DNA from: Candidatus Heimdallarchaeota archaeon
Lineage (GTDB): Archaea; Asgardarchaeota; Heimdallarchaeia; Hodarchaeales; Hodarchaeaceae
Direction: 5' to 3'
NCBI GenBank assembly: GCA_020353515.1
Contig: CP070695.1
Coordinates: 246,458-256,505 of the forward strand
Length of the DNA: 10,048 bases
The stretch's first letter is position 1. Each line of letters begins with the position of its first letter. Made by a program: the position numbers and the translations under genes. The notes beneath the pieces are model-generated. The model had not been told where the DNA came from and did not search any database. It saw only the letters and a program-made list of their open reading frames with translations. Below are positions 1 through 7,828 of the stretch, one piece after another.

Positions 1-876
1 AACTGAAATATTCGGATTTTCTAAGACAGCTGCACAAATGTAGTGTCCATGAGTGATTCCTGCAGAGATTTTTTGAGTTTTGAGGGATTCAAGTTCCATA
101 ATAGTGGTTCTTATTGCCTCAGCGTTTTTTCGTCTTTTTTCTAACATTTTGGGAAGTTTTCGAAGCTGGATCAATCCAATGGCTGCTAGAGGATCAGCGA
201 GTCGAAAGTTGTACGCAATTAAATGATGATTGTAGCCTCCGCTCGGCCCCCTACCATGATTTTTGAGACTTCTTATTCGAGTGGCAATTTCCTCGTCATC
301 TGTAACAATCATTCCCCCTTCACCACTAATCATATTCTTTGTTGCATAAAAAGAAAAACAACCAATATCTCCAAATGTCCCCGCATGTTTTCCCTCAATA
401 CGTCCTCCATGTGCTTGACATGCATCTTCAATTATCAAAAGGTTATTATCTTCTGCTATGTCTGAAATAGCTTTCATATCAGACGGAAGGCCAAAGATAT
501 GGACTGGGACAATACATTTCGTTTTGGGGGTGATTAGAGCTTGTATATCATCAGGATTGATATTAAAAGTATCAGGGTCAATATCTGCAAAAATTGGGAT
601 TCCTCCTCCAAAACAAATTGCATTTGCAGAAGCTATGAATGTAAAAGCGGATGTAATCACTTCAGCACCAGGGGGAATATTCAATCCTTCCATTGCTAGA
701 TGTAGAGCAGCTGTTCCATTAGCCGTACAAATCGCATATTTAGCACCAACAAATTCCGCAAACTCTTTTTCAAGACTTTTTGCGTTTTTTCCCTCTACAA
801 ATCCCTTAGAGCGTATTGTTTGTGTGACTAAGGAGATTTCTTCTTCAGAAATTTGAGGTTGTGCAATATACTTCAT
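1..876 (-). CDS. DegT/DnrJ/EryC1/StrS family PLP-dependent (sugar) aminotransferase, 3' end beyond the left edge
   Basis: Not in the ORF track; translated by hand from ATG at 876, with the frame open to position 1. It reads MKYIAQPQISEEEISLVTQTIRSKGFVEGKNAKSLEKEFAEFVGAKYAICTANGTAALHLA...EVITSAFTFIASANAI...PIFADIDPDTFNINP...IVPVHIFGLPSDM...IIEDACQAHG...FSFYATKNMISGEGGMIVT...NHG...YNFRL. NGTAAL, EDAxQAHG (PLP-binding Asp) and SFxxxKN-x3-GEGG (Schiff-base Lys) are family hallmarks. AGGAG lies about 11 nt upstream. Confidence 0.95.
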   Translation of the reverse strand, partial: MKYIAQPQISEEEISLVTQTIRSKGFVEGKNAKSLEKEFAEFVGAKYAICTANGTAALHLAMEGLNIPPGAEVITSAFTFIASANAICFGGGIPIFADIDPDTFNINPDDIQALITPKTKCIVPVHIFGLPSDMKAISDIAEDNNLLIIEDACQAHGGRIEGKHAGTFGDIGCFSFYATKNMISGEGGMIVTDDEEIATRIRSLKNHGRGPSGGYNHHLIAYNFRLADPLAAIGLIQLRKLPKMLEKRRKNAEAIRTTIMELESLKTQKISAGITHGHYICAAVLENPNISV

Positions 877-1018
877 GGAGTGTTCTTCTCCTATAGAAAA
901 AATTCTGAAAGAACATCATTGAAAGACTCTTTATCTACTTTTAAGATCGATGAAATGGTAGAGAATTTCATGTAAATATAAAAAAAATTCTCTTTACTTC
1001 AGATAGCCGGGTTTAATC
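877..1018. promoter_or_regulatory. Divergent promoter region between the aminotransferase and yggS, with a TATA-like box and a 9-bp inverted repeat
   Basis: 142-bp AT-rich head-to-head intergenic region. TAAATATAAAAA at about 973-984 lies about 35-45 nt upstream of the GTG at 1019. It is flanked by AGAGAATTT (960-968) and AAATTCTCT (985-993). A minus-strand AGGAG is at 888-892. Confidence 0.5.
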
Positions 1019-1711
1019 GTGATAAAAGAAGATCGCGTGATCAAAAATTATCATAATATGCTCTCAATGCTGGAAAAATATTCATATAGCGGAGAGAAAC
1101 CTAAATTAGTCATGGTTACGAAGGATCAACCAGTAAATTTTGTTCAAAAAGTTTTAAATCAATTAGAAAGGCCTATCATTGGTGAAAATAGGGTTCAAGA
1201 GGCATTATCAAAGATCGAAATTTGTGGTTCTTCTAAAGCTGAATGGCACTTCATTGGACATCTTCAAAGAAATAAAGTCAAAAAGATTCTTGGGAAATTC
1301 TCATTAATCCACTCTCTTGACAGATTACCTTTAGCTCAAGAGATTGAAAAACGAGCTGCAAAAGAAAATCTAATGGTAAGATGCCTCCTTCAAGTAGATA
1401 TAAGCCAAAACGGGTCTAAATTCGGTTTTCATCCAAGTGATGATGCAATTAAGGATGTTTTACGTGAAATGGAGTCTTTCTCAAACTTAAAGATTGAAGG
1501 ACTTATGACTATCGCCCCTTTTGTTTCCCCAGAAGACACACGGAAATACTTTAAGCGAATGCGTTCACTTTTTGATAACATCATGCATTATGATGGTCTT
1601 CCACAAAATGTTGAGATGAAAGTATTATCAATGGGTATGAGCAATGATTATGTTATAGCCCTAGAAGAGGGATCCACGATGATTCGATTAGGAAGACGAA
1701 TTTTCGGATAG
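1019..1711 (+). CDS. yggS: YggS/PROSC (PLPBP) family pyridoxal-phosphate homeostasis protein
   Basis: Motifs LVMVTK (PLP Lys), IGENRVQEALSK, WHFIGHLQRNKVK, LIHSLDR, KFGF, IEGLMTIAP, LSMGMSNDY and EEGSTMIRLGRRIFG. The 230-aa length is typical. GTG start. Confidence 0.97.
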   Translation: MIKEDRVIKNYHNMLSMLEKYSYSGEKPKLVMVTKDQPVNFVQKVLNQLERPIIGENRVQEALSKIEICGSSKAEWHFIGHLQRNKVKKILGKFSLIHSLDRLPLAQEIEKRAAKENLMVRCLLQVDISQNGSKFGFHPSDDAIKDVLREMESFSNLKIEGLMTIAPFVSPEDTRKYFKRMRSLFDNIMHYDGLPQNVEMKVLSMGMSNDYVIALEEGSTMIRLGRRIFG

Positions 1712-1759
1712 TATGATTAAAATTTTACTTGATTATGTATAATGTAACAGAAAGAAAAT

Positions 1760-1766
1760 AGGAGTG
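1760..1766 (+). promoter_or_regulatory. Shine-Dalgarno site (AGGAGTG) of the 1398-aa gene
   Basis: AGGAGTG directly precedes ATG-TTG-ATG (1769/1772/1775). Spacing favours a true start at 1772 or 1775 rather than 1769. Confidence 0.6.
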
Positions 1767-1768
1767 TT

Positions 1769-4700
1769 ATGTTGATGTCAAATTCTGAAATTAGATATTC
1801 ATTATCTAAGTCTGAAAGTAAGCTGTTTTCATCATTAGTAAAACTTGGTGGTCAAACAAAACAAGAATTAGTACTCACTTGTAATATAAATGTTGAAAAA
1901 GCAGATGAAGCTCTTTTAACGTTAATTGATAAAGGATTTATCCAATTAGATGAGGATACAGGAATCTATTTAAAATCTCTTCCATTAGAAAGCGTTATAG
2001 CTCTTCTAAATGATAGCTCTGCAGATATTGAATCGAATAAAAAGGGTGTTGATGAAACTTTCCAAGGACATCGAAAATCAATCGATGAAAACTTAGGAAA
2101 ACTTCGTGAAACTCTTGAAAGCCAGTATGAGGAATTCAAAGCTTCAATTAATACACTACAAACTTCGTTGAAAGAAAAATTCGATGAAACAGAACAACAG
2201 AGAATAAAACAAACCGAAGAACTCACTGAAACATTACTATCGTCATTTTCTACGAATGTAACTGACTTACAAACCGAATTTCAAACCTCGGTGTCTACTG
2301 ATTCAGCAACATTCGAGAAAGAATGGATGAATGTTCTTGATGGTTTCCAAAGCATCCCTGAAACAGGTACACGTACTCTTAAAGGATCTATTACAAAATA
2401 TGAGAAAGAATTATCTGAAATTATCAAGTTAAGCGTGAAAAAAATAACATCTATTCAATCTCAATTATCAGATATTGTTACAGCAATTGAAACGGAATCT
2501 ACGAATCAGATTCAAGAATTCTTTGTTAATTCCAAATCATTTTCAGAAGAGTTCACAAAAAATGTAAACACAGGTTTACAAGAATCTAGGAAACAGGAAA
2601 GAGAATTTTTAAATGAGATTCGACAAAGATTGCAAGTGACATTGGGAGAAGAGATAATAAAAGCATTGGAGAGTGTTGTTAAAAATTTAGGGAAGGATAT
2701 TGACAAAGAAATCAACCAAGCTGTCGAAGAAGTTAAACAACAAACAAATAATGCCATCACTGATAGTTCAAACCAAATAAAGGCTGAATTTAAAGAATTC
2801 GTTGAAAATGCTTCTGAATTAATCCAGGAGCAAAAATCTTCTTTAGATGTCTTGAATACAGAACTAACGAAGTTATCTTCAGAGAAAAAGTTGACATCAC
2901 TTTCAGATACATTTAAGCGGCAATTACAGGCTCACTTGTCAGCAGATATGAATAGTTTGGAACTAAATTATCGTCGTGCACAAAAAGCAACTATTGACAT
3001 CATGGAAGAAATTCGTCGGGCAGCGAAAAAACGATTAATCCAGCAGAGTAAAGAGTTCGAAGGCCTCATTCATTCATTCAATACCATAATTGAGAAGTCA
3101 ATTGCGAGAAAAGATATGGATATTAGTCACCTCCAGCGATTATCTCAATCCATTGTCCAATTACTTGGAAATTTACTAATATCAGTTCCAATGCGATCTA
3201 ATAATTTTAAAACAATATTAAAAAACTCTATTAATAATTCTGTTTTGGAACTCAAGGAAGGAATGAGTGAAACATCATTAAATCCTGTTAAAGATATCTA
3301 TGATTCTTTATCAAGTACTCAGAAGAGAATTGAGACATCATTTAAGGAAACGAAGGAAGAGTGCCAAAAAGAGATTCGCAAAGCTATTAGTTCAACTACT
3401 CAATTGAACAGTACAGTCAATAATCTTCAAGAGGCTTTTTTAGAAAAAGTAGAACATAGATTTGAGCAAAGGGCAAAAGTTATGAACACAGAGCTAGAAG
3501 CTGTCGCCCGTAACTTTCAACAGGTTATAGACACAATGGAAGGAGGATTCGGGGATATCAATGATAGGTTCTCGGCTGAAAAAATCACTTTTAATCTTGA
3601 AACATCTCTTCAGAATTTAATCACTCAACTAAAGAATGATGTCGATCATGTTTTCACACAAAATCAAAAAGATTCTTCTGGATATATCACTCGGTTGGAC
3701 ACAACGTTACAAAGCCACCTTGATAGAACTCTTGATGTCATTAAAGAAGGTTTTAGCCAAATTAAAACCGAATTTACGATTGAATTGGAAGAACAGCTTA
3801 ATCAGATTAATAAAAGTAGTGAAAATCAACAGATCAACCTGAATACTATAATTGATTCGTTTTCTGGTCAAAATGTAGAGCAATTTACAAAATTTAAAAC
3901 TGATTTGAATAAGGCAATTGAAGAAAGTCAGAAAATAGTCACGGATTTCATTACCGAGAGTCAAAGGTCAACAACTGAAGTCGTAGATCTACAACAATCA
4001 AATATCGAAAAGTACCAAGAGAAAGGAACGAATGATATCTTATCTTTCATTAATCAGATCGAATCAGAAGTTTCAAATCAGAACCAGAAAGTGAAAGATG
4101 CGATGGATGAGCTTGAAACTTATTATAACACTTACTCTGATTCCACTTTTGGAGAGGTTAATAATCTATTTAGACAAGTTCAAGAAAGTGGAGACAAACT
4201 TACAGTATTAGTTACTGATTCTTTACAGAATGCTACTAGTTGTCTTGATAAGATCACAGAAGATCTCGATATTTATTATACAGACTCCTTTACAGATCTA
4301 GAAAACCAATTAAGCGTCACCACAGGTTTTGTCACCTCCGAAATTGAAAACTCTACCAAAACTGTTGAAGAGGAGGTAGTAACATTAAAAGGTGAGTTGT
4401 CTGAAGCTGTGGAAGGATTAAGTGCTGGTATCAGAGATCAGATCACTCGTCAAGATCAAGAATTCCAAACTAAAACCCCAGAACAGTCTCAGGAATTTAC
4501 TCAGGTCTTTGATGATATAATTCAAGAGCGCTCGCGTTCAAATCATGAGTTAGAGGAGAAAATCGATGAAAGTTTAGTAAAACTAATGCAGGACTGGAAT
4601 ACAGAGTTACAAAAGAGTAAATCGAGATTAAAGGATGTCTCAGACGCCATTAATAAAGCTATTGGAGCAAACCTCGAGAATTTAGAAATAATCGTGAAAA

Positions 4701-5965
4701 CCAACGTTGAAGAAACAATACAATCTTTGAGTGCAATCCTAGATCTAGAATCTTCCAAGGAAGATATCCTTGGATTACGTGAGATCCAAGAGAAAGTGAA
4801 ATTAGCAAATAAACGTCTGAAATCAGCAATATCTGAGAGTTTACAGTCACATATAGAACGAATTGACCAACAAATGGTTCCAGAATTGGTTACATCATAT
4901 GAAGCAGCCCATACCCAGACTGAGGAAGATCTCTCAACCTATCTAGAAGATTTGAGTGATTTAATATCTAGCTCACAAACGGCATATATTAATCAACTAC
5001 ATAAATATCTGAAGGAAGAACGTCAGAGCCTCGACTTCTCCGAGATGAAAGACGATCTAAATGAAATGTTAAGTGCTTTTTCGCAATCTACGACTGAGGA
5101 TGTTGAAGCTTTATCAGCAGACTTAGCTGATAGTATTCAACTGACCATCAAAGAGGTTGAAAAATCACGAGAACAGATTCAAAATCTCTTTTCCAAATTA
5201 TCGATATTAATGGTTGACCAGAATACAGCATTGCTAGAAAAACTAACAAAATTCAAGGAAGAGCTATCTACAACAGTTGATAACGTTAACAATGATTTTA
5301 AAAAGGATCTAGAAGCAAATCTCGACTCTTATAACACTGACCTCAATAAAAATTCCCTTGAGCTCACAGGAAAAGCCAACCAGATAACTCAGACTGTAAC
5401 AGAAGAGCTTGACGGTCAAATCTCGGAGGTACTAGATCGAACACATGTTCTTTTTGAAAATTTGATATCTACAAATGATCAACATATCAATACTTTACAA
5501 GAAATTGCTAGTGAGTTTTCTCGAGTTAAACCTGTTGATGTTATTCGATTGGTTAATTTACCTTCTGATGAGGCCAAAAATGAGTTTATCATCGAAATGA
5601 TCCATTCAGCATCTAAACAAATCTTCATTGTGACATCAAATCCGACATTCTTATCCGTAGCTGACTTGAAAGCAATTCCTTCAGAAAAGCGTATATTCAT
5701 AATCACTGACTTTGATTTTACTAAGAAGGGCAAAAAGTGGGTAACTGAGGTAGGTAAACAAGTTAACATTAATTTCTACAAATTAAAAACAAGTAAACTA
5801 TCAGGGATTCTAGTAATAAAGGATGAGAATTCAGTTTTAGTCTTACCCAATTCACTTGGTTTCACAAGCACAGATGAAAAACTTGTTTCCAATCTTTCTA
5901 GTATAACAAGTTTGCTTAAAGGGGCATCTCTTCGATTAAGAACACCAAAAAAGAAGAGCACTTAG
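1769..5965 (+). CDS. Giant coiled-coil protein with N-terminal TrmB-like winged helix-turn-helix and C-terminal PLD-like (TrmB effector-type) domain
   Basis: aa 10-75, LSKSESKLFSSLVKLGGQTKQELVLTCNINVEKADEALLTLIDKGFIQLDEDTGIYLKSLPLE, fits the TrmB wHTH pattern. aa 80-1255 is an E/Q/K/L/S-rich amphipathic helical region with only 5 internal prolines. aa 1257-1398, FIIEMIHSASKQIFIVTS...RIFIIT...GILVIKDENSVLV, fits the PLD-like fold of TrmB C-terminal domains. No Walker A/B motif, signal peptide or TM helix seen. Confidence 0.75.
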   Translation: MLMSNSEIRYSLSKSESKLFSSLVKLGGQTKQELVLTCNINVEKADEALLTLIDKGFIQLDEDTGIYLKSLPLESVIALLNDSSADIESNKKGVDETFQGHRKSIDENLGKLRETLESQYEEFKASINTLQTSLKEKFDETEQQRIKQTEELTETLLSSFSTNVTDLQTEFQTSVSTDSATFEKEWMNVLDGFQSIPETGTRTLKGSITKYEKELSEIIKLSVKKITSIQSQLSDIVTAIETESTNQIQEFFVNSKSFSEEFTKNVNTGLQESRKQEREFLNEIRQRLQVTLGEEIIKALESVVKNLGKDIDKEINQAVEEVKQQTNNAITDSSNQIKAEFKEFVENASELIQEQKSSLDVLNTELTKLSSEKKLTSLSDTFKRQLQAHLSADMNSLELNYRRAQKATIDIMEEIRRAAKKRLIQQSKEFEGLIHSFNTIIEKSIARKDMDISHLQRLSQSIVQLLGNLLISVPMRSNNFKTILKNSINNSVLELKEGMSETSLNPVKDIYDSLSSTQKRIETSFKETKEECQKEIRKAISSTTQLNSTVNNLQEAFLEKVEHRFEQRAKVMNTELEAVARNFQQVIDTMEGGFGDINDRFSAEKITFNLETSLQNLITQLKNDVDHVFTQNQKDSSGYITRLDTTLQSHLDRTLDVIKEGFSQIKTEFTIELEEQLNQINKSSENQQINLNTIIDSFSGQNVEQFTKFKTDLNKAIEESQKIVTDFITESQRSTTEVVDLQQSNIEKYQEKGTNDILSFINQIESEVSNQNQKVKDAMDELETYYNTYSDSTFGEVNNLFRQVQESGDKLTVLVTDSLQNATSCLDKITEDLDIYYTDSFTDLENQLSVTTGFVTSEIENSTKTVEEEVVTLKGELSEAVEGLSAGIRDQITRQDQEFQTKTPEQSQEFTQVFDDIIQERSRSNHELEEKIDESLVKLMQDWNTELQKSKSRLKDVSDAINKAIGANLENLEIIVKTNVEETIQSLSAILDLESSKEDILGLREIQEKVKLANKRLKSAISESLQSHIERIDQQMVPELVTSYEAAHTQTEEDLSTYLEDLSDLISSSQTAYINQLHKYLKEERQSLDFSEMKDDLNEMLSAFSQSTTEDVEALSADLADSIQLTIKEVEKSREQIQNLFSKLSILMVDQNTALLEKLTKFKEELSTTVDNVNNDFKKDLEANLDSYNTDLNKNSLELTGKANQITQTVTEELDGQISEVLDRTHVLFENLISTNDQHINTLQEIASEFSRVKPVDVIRLVNLPSDEAKNEFIIEMIHSASKQIFIVTSNPTFLSVADLKAIPSEKRIFIITDFDFTKKGKKWVTEVGKQVNINFYKLKTSKLSGILVIKDENSVLVLPNSLGFTSTDEKLVSNLSSITSLLKGASLRLRTPKKKST

Positions 5966-5977
5966 GATAATATCTAT

Positions 5978-7798
5978 TTAGATAGTGATTAATCCTAGTA
6001 ATCCCGCTTTTTTCAAGGTTTTTTTGTTTACTAATCCTTTCTGAGTCAGACCTTTTCTAGCGTAATATTCTGTAAGCAACTCATCTTGCATCTTGAAAAA
6101 GTCAGGCCTTTTTTTAAGAAACAGGGGAAAGCGATCCTCTTCTCTAGCCATCCCTGTTCGTGTGTTAAAAATTCGTTCTAAAAGTGTTATTCGATTGCCA
6201 ATTGTTAATAATTTATTAAAAGTCAGATCTTGATCAGAAATGTTCCTCAACAAAGGACGTAAATTGTGTAGTTCTAATCCGAAATTCCCAATTAAAATGT
6301 CAGGAATTAGATTGAAGAGGTTATTGCGGAGATTAGGTGATAACCATCTGAATATTCGACGAACATCTAGGAGAAAGGGGAGATATCTAGAACAAAGTAC
6401 AAGAGAATCGAGAACTGCAACTAATTTTTCAAGGAGTATGATAGTTTTAATTTTTCCTCGCTTAGAACTTGGATTAAGCTTGAACGGAAAACCTAGAAGT
6501 TCGGGAAAGATCATATAATCCGACCGAAAGTTATCAGCTCCGTATGGGGAAGTACTACTAGCCAAACTTAACCCTAAAATGTTAGGATAATAAAACATTC
6601 CTGCCATTTGACCTTTAATCATTGGAGATGGTTCACTGGTCTGTTGATAAAGATAAATCTCACCACGAGATAATTGATCGCCCATTTCTTCTCTTTTAAT
6701 GATTTTTTCAATCAAAGAATAGATTTTGGGATTACTCCAATTATACCCAAGATCAATATCTAATAATTTTCTTCTATCTTCTTGAATATTAAATAATGAA
6801 GCTAGTGCAGCTCCTGTAGATAATGGATCCAAAGCCTCCTGATCACAGGATTCAATAGCTTTTTGGATATTTTCTATGTCAACAATCTTTAAATTTGGAC
6901 CTAATGCCACGAAATCTTGGTATGAACAACGGAGACAATGTACAGGACATTGCCAACACTGAAGCGGTTCTCCATAACCTCTAAAAGATGATACTTTTTC
7001 TTGGGATATTTGTAATAAACGAGAACAATTTTTGGCTGGAAGAATAGTGTTTTCAATGATAGAAAACATTATTGAAAATGGTCCACGGTTACGAAGCATG
7101 TTATACCATTTTGATAGTTCAATTGATTTGTTAAATTGATCAGTATCTTCGTGTGATAACCCCTCTAGTTCTCGGGTCTCTGGGGTCTCAGTTATTACGA
7201 TTGCTTTGATGTTCTTTGAAGCCAAAACCGCTCCTAATCCTCCACGTCGAAAAAAATGAACACGGTCAACTGCTACGCCAGCATAAGTAACTTGGTTTAC
7301 AGCTGACATACCTATAACTGCAATGCTAGAGTCTTTCCCATATTTGGTTCGTAACCATTTATCCGCTTCCAATACATTTTTCTTCCAAATTGGCTCTGCA
7401 TTCTCAAGTGTTATATCAGAAAACTCATCTATTAAAATATATTTTGGAGTTTTGGCGCATCCTAAAATTTGGAAGAAATCTAAACCCACTTGCTTCAAAC
7501 TCGCGCCGAATCGCCCAGTAGCAATAGAAGTAAACAAAGTATTAGTCTGAGGAGATTTAAAAGTGGCAACAGCCATACCAGATGACGGAAACATCGTTGC
7601 AGTAAGAATTCCTGTCCCAAAAATTACCGAATTATCGGGTCCACGTGGACTAGCATCTGTAGGAATTGATTGATAACCAAGATAAACAGTAATTCCACGA
7701 CCACCAAGAAAATTTTCAATAATTCTTGTTTCAATTTTTACTGTTGGCAAAATTTTATCTTCTGTCAGGTCAAGTATTACTAATTGTGGGTTCCACAT
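5978..7798 (-). CDS. Aldehyde:ferredoxin oxidoreductase (AOR/WOR tungstopterin) family protein, divergent
   Basis: Motifs FLGGRG, FKSPQT, FGASLKQVGLD, RGGLGAVLASKNIKAI, CWQCPVHC (4Fe-4S), DPLSTG, GDQLSRG, DSLVLC (fourth Cys ligand), GNRITLLERIFN, EDRFP and EYYARKG. 606 aa is the normal AOR length. AGGTG lies upstream (about 7810-7814, minus strand). Confidence 0.9.
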   Translation of the reverse strand: MWNPQLVILDLTEDKILPTVKIETRIIENFLGGRGITVYLGYQSIPTDASPRGPDNSVIFGTGILTATMFPSSGMAVATFKSPQTNTLFTSIATGRFGASLKQVGLDFFQILGCAKTPKYILIDEFSDITLENAEPIWKKNVLEADKWLRTKYGKDSSIAVIGMSAVNQVTYAGVAVDRVHFFRRGGLGAVLASKNIKAIVITETPETRELEGLSHEDTDQFNKSIELSKWYNMLRNRGPFSIMFSIIENTILPAKNCSRLLQISQEKVSSFRGYGEPLQCWQCPVHCLRCSYQDFVALGPNLKIVDIENIQKAIESCDQEALDPLSTGAALASLFNIQEDRRKLLDIDLGYNWSNPKIYSLIEKIIKREEMGDQLSRGEIYLYQQTSEPSPMIKGQMAGMFYYPNILGLSLASSTSPYGADNFRSDYMIFPELLGFPFKLNPSSKRGKIKTIILLEKLVAVLDSLVLCSRYLPFLLDVRRIFRWLSPNLRNNLFNLIPDILIGNFGLELHNLRPLLRNISDQDLTFNKLLTIGNRITLLERIFNTRTGMAREEDRFPLFLKKRPDFFKMQDELLTEYYARKGLTQKGLVNKKTLKKAGLLGLITI

Positions 7799-7828
7799 AT
7801 TTTATCAAACACCTGGACTTATTACTAT

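Noticed and set aside
223-856. Plus-strand ORFs 223..465 and 458..856
   Set aside because: They are antisense shadows of the clearly recognisable minus-strand DegT-family gene.
1966-5961. Short ORFs inside the 1398-aa gene (1966..2226, 2512..2760, 3636..3842, 3707..3964, 4543..4758, 4659..4850, 5479..5769, 5776..5961)
   Set aside because: They are antisense or off-frame shadows with S/F/L-rich composition and no motifs.
5930-5962. RLRTPKKKS as a eukaryote-like nuclear localisation signal
   Set aside because: Short basic tails are common in AT-rich genomes, and this one may reflect terminator overlap. There is no support for an NLS function.
1769-5965. SMC/Rad50, chemoreceptor, ZorA or phage tape-measure identity for the giant protein
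   Set aside because: No Walker A/B or signature motif, no hinge or zinc hook, no TM helices, no MCP hairpin motif and no phage genes nearby.
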